A DNA stretch of 64,000 nucleotides. It comes from Alphaproteobacteria bacterium MarineAlpha12_Bin1 (GTDB lineage Bacteria > Pseudomonadota > Alphaproteobacteria > UBA6615). Positions 60,285-64,000 of this stretch are shown here, in pieces (positions within the stretch are counted from its first letter, which is position 1; every line of letters begins with the position of its first letter). The DNA is taken from the NCBI GenBank assembly GCA_002937505.1, contig PTJY01000003.1:199898-263897 (forward strand), read 5' to 3'. Made by a program: the position numbers and the translations under genes. The notes under the pieces are model-generated. The model was not told the origin of the DNA and did no database searches. It saw only the letters and a list, made by a program, of their open reading frames with translations.

Positions 60285-60427
60285 AACATTGCCTTTCCAA
60301 TCACTCTCAATATTCTACATCAATTATTAAACTTTCCTTTAGACTAACAATCACCATACAAATAAAAAATAATTTATTCACCGTCGTTCGACACTACATA
60401 CAAAACGCCATTCCATACTACAGCTGG

Positions 60428-61711
60428 CTAATCAATAGGCTTTACATCAAAAGCCAGGCTTATTCTTCTTTCATTTTTTTCAGAAGCCACTGTGTAATGA
60501 AAGAGAGATGAAGGAAACATAACAATATCGCCTTGAGAAATATTACATTCCATACTAGGAAAATCTTTTGAATCTGAGGGGTAGCTGGCCCCCTTCAAAT
60601 CAAAAACAATATTTCCAGCGTTAGATCCCGATATTTTTTTCAATGATAGATATAAACTGCCACTCAACCATCCAAGCTTATGCATGTGTGGTTTAAGAAG
60701 CCCACCACCTTTCATATCTACTATCCATCCGTGAAGTTCGCTATTTTTAGGCCATTTAGTAATAAACCCATCAGTTGATTCAGAGAATTTTGACCTATAT
60801 TCTTCTATCTTTTGAAAAATAATTGTTTTCAAGGTCCTAAAAGCTGGATCGGAAGATAGAAAAACATTTCCAGAGGTCTGAGATCCGCTTTTCAACAATT
60901 CTTGGGGCTTGGCATCAAAACCCCTTGAAGATTTCAGTAGCTTATCGACTAAATCGTGATTAAACCCGTCTTGGGGGCTAAGCTTTGAAAGCTTTATATA
61001 TGATAGTGGTTCTCTACAAAATAAATTCCTATCAGGAATTTTATAGCGAATTGATGCATGAGTTTGAACCGCCGCCAGAAGAGGGTTTACTTCTCCTGTC
61101 TTAAGAATTTTCTCTTCTGATTCACTGTAAGTCTTTTTATCTTTAGATCTATATATTAATTCTAACCACAAACTAGAGCTTAACCGCTTCCCGCTTCTGC
61201 TGTAATGTTCAATTGCTTTATCATAAAAATCGCTACCAGCATCTCTATAGATCTCTGCAATCTTAAAATTAATATCATCAAGATCGTTATAAGTTAGTCT
61301 ATCTTTGTACGACAGAATCTGATGAAGGATTTTTAACGCGCGACTGGGTCTAGCTGTAAGTGCATAAACGTTTGCAAGGGACACCGAGATGCCTATTGAT
61401 GACGGGTCCTCTTCTAACGCATTTAAATAGCATTCTTCTGCTTTCTCGAGCTTACCTGTGTCTGTGTAAATGTTTCCTAAATTTCCTAAAAAAAGAGTAT
61501 TTGTAGGATTATCAACCAGCACTTGCTCGAAAATTTGTCTCGCTTGATCAATATTGCCTTGCCTCTTGTGTGCCAGTGCCAAAATATTAACTGCAGTAGC
61601 ACTTTGATATTTTCGGACAAGTTCTTGGGCTGCTGGAATGACAAGGCCCATGTCACCCTTATAATACAGAGCCTGGAGACTCTCGATCTTTTCTTGTCTT
61701 TCTTTGTCCAT
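60428..61711 (-). CDS. TPR protein with C-terminal putative 2OG-Fe(II) oxygenase domain
   Basis: TPR helices (NLGNIY...G..EKAEECY..AL), then PHMH..GWLSGSLYL, FPSSLFHYT, RISLAFD. Confidence 0.85.
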   Translation of the reverse strand: MDKERQEKIESLQALYYKGDMGLVIPAAQELVRKYQSATAVNILALAHKRQGNIDQARQIFEQVLVDNPTNTLFLGNLGNIYTDTGKLEKAEECYLNALEEDPSSIGISVSLANVYALTARPSRALKILHQILSYKDRLTYNDLDDINFKIAEIYRDAGSDFYDKAIEHYSRSGKRLSSSLWLELIYRSKDKKTYSESEEKILKTGEVNPLLAAVQTHASIRYKIPDRNLFCREPLSYIKLSKLSPQDGFNHDLVDKLLKSSRGFDAKPQELLKSGSQTSGNVFLSSDPAFRTLKTIIFQKIEEYRSKFSESTDGFITKWPKNSELHGWIVDMKGGGLLKPHMHKLGWLSGSLYLSLKKISGSNAGNIVFDLKGASYPSDSKDFPSMECNISQGDIVMFPSSLFHYTVASEKNERRISLAFDVKPID

Positions 61712-61731
61712 TAATAATTTATCAATCGTAT

Positions 61732-62148
61732 CTATAATATTAAATTATGGTCAATTAATAGCTTATAACAAGTCAATGTTTGCAGCCACGCCATATTATT
61801 CTTTAGTTCTTCTTTACTAATTTGAGACATCATTTTTATCCAAGGCTTTGGGCTTCCACCAAAATGCCCACTTTCTTTACCTAGTTGATAAAGTTTTTCT
61901 AAATACCCATCAACGTCACCAACAATGCGATTTACTATTATGTCAATTGTCGATTTTTTAATTTTCTCACTCGCAGATAATTCTGAATATAGTTTGAACC
62001 GAATAAGGCATCCAGTGACTTGTCCATAGAGGATGGAATTACTTCTATACGTCTCCCAGTTTATTTTACCACTAGTATGAGCGAGAGAGTTGGTCGGGAA
62101 AAATAATATTAGAATTAGCAGCACAAGAAATAAGTTTGAAAGTTTCAC
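61732..62148 (-). CDS. Hypothetical secreted protein
   Basis: GTG start with GGAG SD; signal peptide ending SLA-H; two Cys; no recognised family. Confidence 0.65.
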   Translation of the reverse strand: MKLSNLFLVLLILILFFPTNSLAHTSGKINWETYRSNSILYGQVTGCLIRFKLYSELSASEKIKKSTIDIIVNRIVGDVDGYLEKLYQLGKESGHFGGSPKPWIKMMSQISKEELKNNMAWLQTLTCYKLLIDHNLIL

Positions 62149-62188
62149 GATAATCTCCTGTCGCTGAATGAACTTACTTTATCTTGTA

Positions 62189-62560
62189 TTAAGTTTTTTT
62201 TGGTGGAAAAATCTTCCACATAAGAAATGTCCACCCCAATAGTATACAGTATAAAACTATGAAAAACTCTATTGGAAAATCCCAATAAATTAATTTTTCA
62301 ATCCAATGTCCAATGAATGTTTCAGATTGAGTGATTCCCCGCAATTTATTTTCAATAGAGGTAAGTGGGCAGGTTATTCCTAGTAATGTTTCAAGCGTGA
62401 CAAACGCCATCAACGCACAATGGGATATTCTTAATTTCTTGTTTGAAGTCCACTCCCAATGGAAAGTGTAACCAATTGGTATAAGAAGTAATCCAGAGGC
62501 AACAAAGACTACAATGCAAAAATGAAAAACTAAAACAATGTCTGCGAGAAAAAAAGTCAC
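62189..62560 (-). CDS. DUF2784 family membrane protein
   Basis: LADIVLVFH, CPLTSIE..LR, FIGHWIEKLIY signature. Confidence 0.85.
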   Translation of the reverse strand: MTFFLADIVLVFHFCIVVFVASGLLLIPIGYTFHWEWTSNKKLRISHCALMAFVTLETLLGITCPLTSIENKLRGITQSETFIGHWIEKLIYWDFPIEFFIVLYCILLGWTFLMWKIFPPKKT

Positions 62561-62562
62561 CG

Positions 62563-64000
62563 TTAAATACCAATTAATTTTACAGCCACTTGTTTTGTAA
62601 AAAATGAGATCGCAATTACTTCAAACGTATAGTTATTTATGGAAGCAAATTCAGTTAATGCTTTAAATTCATCTTGTTCCCAACTTTCATGAATTATGAA
62701 TTCGTCAAAGATAAGAACAGTGTGTTTATCCATTACTGGATTTGAGTAATTTAAAGCACAAAGAGTGGAAGAGTATAAATCTGCATCAAAATTTATTACT
62801 GATGCTATAGGACGAGACTCAGAATAGAATATCGGTAGAGTATCTTCAAATTTACCTACAATAAATTCCCCTCCTTTGATATCAGGTATATTTCCATCAC
62901 TTGTATACGAACCCGATGGCTCAGTGCGATTACCGACGCGCCAGTCTTCCGGCAAACCTGAAAAAGTGTCAAATCCGTAACCTTTTTTAAAAGACTTAAT
63001 AAGGTATTTAAATGCTTCACCCCTCCACACACCAAATTCATAAAAAGGTCTTGAACGAATACTTTGCTTAACAATCGCGTCAAAAAAATGCCACCTATTG
63101 AAATATAAGTCAGGTAGATTAGGTAGGCTGAAAACCCATGAAAATGATCGCATGTAACTATGTTGTTTGAATTCAGATTTCATCAAATTATCAAAGTCAT
63201 CCCTATCGCCTTGATAAAACCTTAGGGCAGCCTTTGTTAATTTTGCTGGTACATGGTTTGCATCTACCATCAAACATTTTCCAACCCAATGTTCAGCACC
63301 TTGAATAGTCCTTTCCATGCCAGACAAGTTCCAGAGGGCCTCAACAAAATCAGGTCTCAATTCTATTGCCTGTCTCAAGCTTACCTCCGCCTCGTCTAAC
63401 CTACCCAGTTCGTTTCGAATAACACCCAAGTTGTTATGGGCTTCGGCAAAGTCAGGTTTCAGTGCTATCGCTTGCCTCACGCTTGTCTCTGCCTCGTCCA
63501 ATTTCCCCAATGCCTGAAGCGTATTGCCCAAGCTGTTATGGGCTTCAGAAAAATCAGGATTCAGTTCTATCGCCTGCCTCAAGAACGCCTCAGCCTCATC
63601 CAACCTACCCTGTGCTTGGAGCGTGTTACCCAAATTGTTATAAGCTTCGGCATAATCAGATTTCAACGCTATCGCTTGCCTCATACTTGCCTCTGCCTCG
63701 TCTAACCTACCGAGTTCATTTAGCGTATTACCCAGGTTGTTATGAGCTTCGGCATAATCAGATTTCAACGCTATCGCTTGCCCCAAACTTGCCTCTGCCT
63801 CAGACAACCTGCCCAGTGCTTGGAAAGTGTTACCTAAGTTACTATAAGCTTCGGGAAAATCTGACTTTAATGCTAGCGCTTGCCTCAAACTCGCCTCTGC
63901 CTCAGACAACCTGCCCATTTCATTAAACGTATTACCCAGATTGTTATGAGCTTCAGCATCTTGAGGGGCTAGGTGGACAGCTCTTTGATTCGCACTTAGG
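62563..64000 (-). CDS. TPR-repeat protein with TylF/MycF-like SAM methyltransferase domain (5' end outside window)
   Basis: Frame stays open beyond 63918 to the edge (LSANQRAVHLAPQDAEAHNNLG); at least 6 TPRs; EFGVWRG, GFDTFSGLPEDW, G.FEDTL, DADLYSS, IFDEF. Confidence 0.87.
   Translation of the reverse strand, partial: LSANQRAVHLAPQDAEAHNNLGNTFNEMGRLSEAEASLRQALALKSDFPEAYSNLGNTFQALGRLSEAEASLGQAIALKSDYAEAHNNLGNTLNELGRLDEAEASMRQAIALKSDYAEAYNNLGNTLQAQGRLDEAEAFLRQAIELNPDFSEAHNSLGNTLQALGKLDEAETSVRQAIALKPDFAEAHNNLGVIRNELGRLDEAEVSLRQAIELRPDFVEALWNLSGMERTIQGAEHWVGKCLMVDANHVPAKLTKAALRFYQGDRDDFDNLMKSEFKQHSYMRSFSWVFSLPNLPDLYFNRWHFFDAIVKQSIRSRPFYEFGVWRGEAFKYLIKSFKKGYGFDTFSGLPEDWRVGNRTEPSGSYTSDGNIPDIKGGEFIVGKFEDTLPIFYSESRPIASVINFDADLYSSTLCALNYSNPVMDKHTVLIFDEFIIHESWEQDEFKALTEFASINNYTFEVIAISFFTKQVAVKLIGI
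63335..63965. repeat. 102-bp degenerate tandem repeat encoding TPR units (about 6 copies)
   Basis: Anchor GCCTC(T/A)GCCTC-like word recurs at 63383, 63485, 63587, 63689, 63791 and 63893; exact 38-mer at 63643-63680 and 63745-63782. Confidence 0.9.

Noticed and set aside
60285-60427. Cobalamin riboswitch upstream of the B12-dependent dehalogenase
   Set aside because: The gap is only about 140 nt, AT-rich, with no B12-box or GC-rich stems visible.
2915-63926. Numerous short ORFs antisense to or overlapping annotated genes (e.g. 2915-3268, 7920-8210, 17396-17812, 22211-22591, 59362-59757, 63462-63926)
   Set aside because: They lie wholly over well-supported genes, have no recognisable motifs, and show shadow-ORF composition.
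63335-63965. Regularly spaced repeats as a possible CRISPR array
   Set aside because: The period is 102 nt (34 codons), in frame within a TPR ORF. There are no unique spacers between identical repeats and no cas genes.
36105-64000. Prophage, ICE or integron explaining the accessory tract
   Set aside because: No integrase, transposase or phage genes, and no flanking tRNA, direct repeats or recurring attC-like sites in the intergenic gaps.

Overview
AT-rich alphaproteobacterial chromosome segment. Gene order and protein style suggest a marine Rhodospirillales-like lineage (inference). Positions 1 to ~36 kb are conserved core: lptD-surA-pdxA-rsmA; fabD-fabG-acpP-fabF-mltG-gmk; rpsF-rpsR-rplI; cfa; dnaB-alr-mlaE-mlaF-radA-cvpA-purF; yfgM-bamB-der; a reduced MurNAc/GlcNAc recycling cluster (namZ-like, nagA, BadF-type kinase, murQ); dusA; panBC; and an ABC-F. 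From ~36 kb to the end is an accessory tract of small-molecule enzymes with no recognisable regulator or solute transporter. It holds a polysaccharide-lyase-like protein, thrH, two CmcJ/NvfI-family oxygenases, an amidase, an Asp-box propeller, a DHPH-like flavin monooxygenase, a nitrilase, an enolase-superfamily enzyme, a PaaG-like crotonase, acuI, a minimal MGMT, SDRs, a serine hydrolase, MAPEG, frmA, a cobalamin-dependent catabolic reductive dehalogenase and two TPR-fused modifying enzymes. The most notable element is the NpRdhA-type dehalogenase, which has an apparently intact halophenol active site but no adjacent electron donor. It lies in the same tract as nitrilase, amidase, esterase and monooxygenase genes, which suggests a possible route for degrading natural bromoaromatic nitriles or amides (hypothesis only). 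No tRNA, rRNA, CRISPR array, integrase or transposase was recognised.
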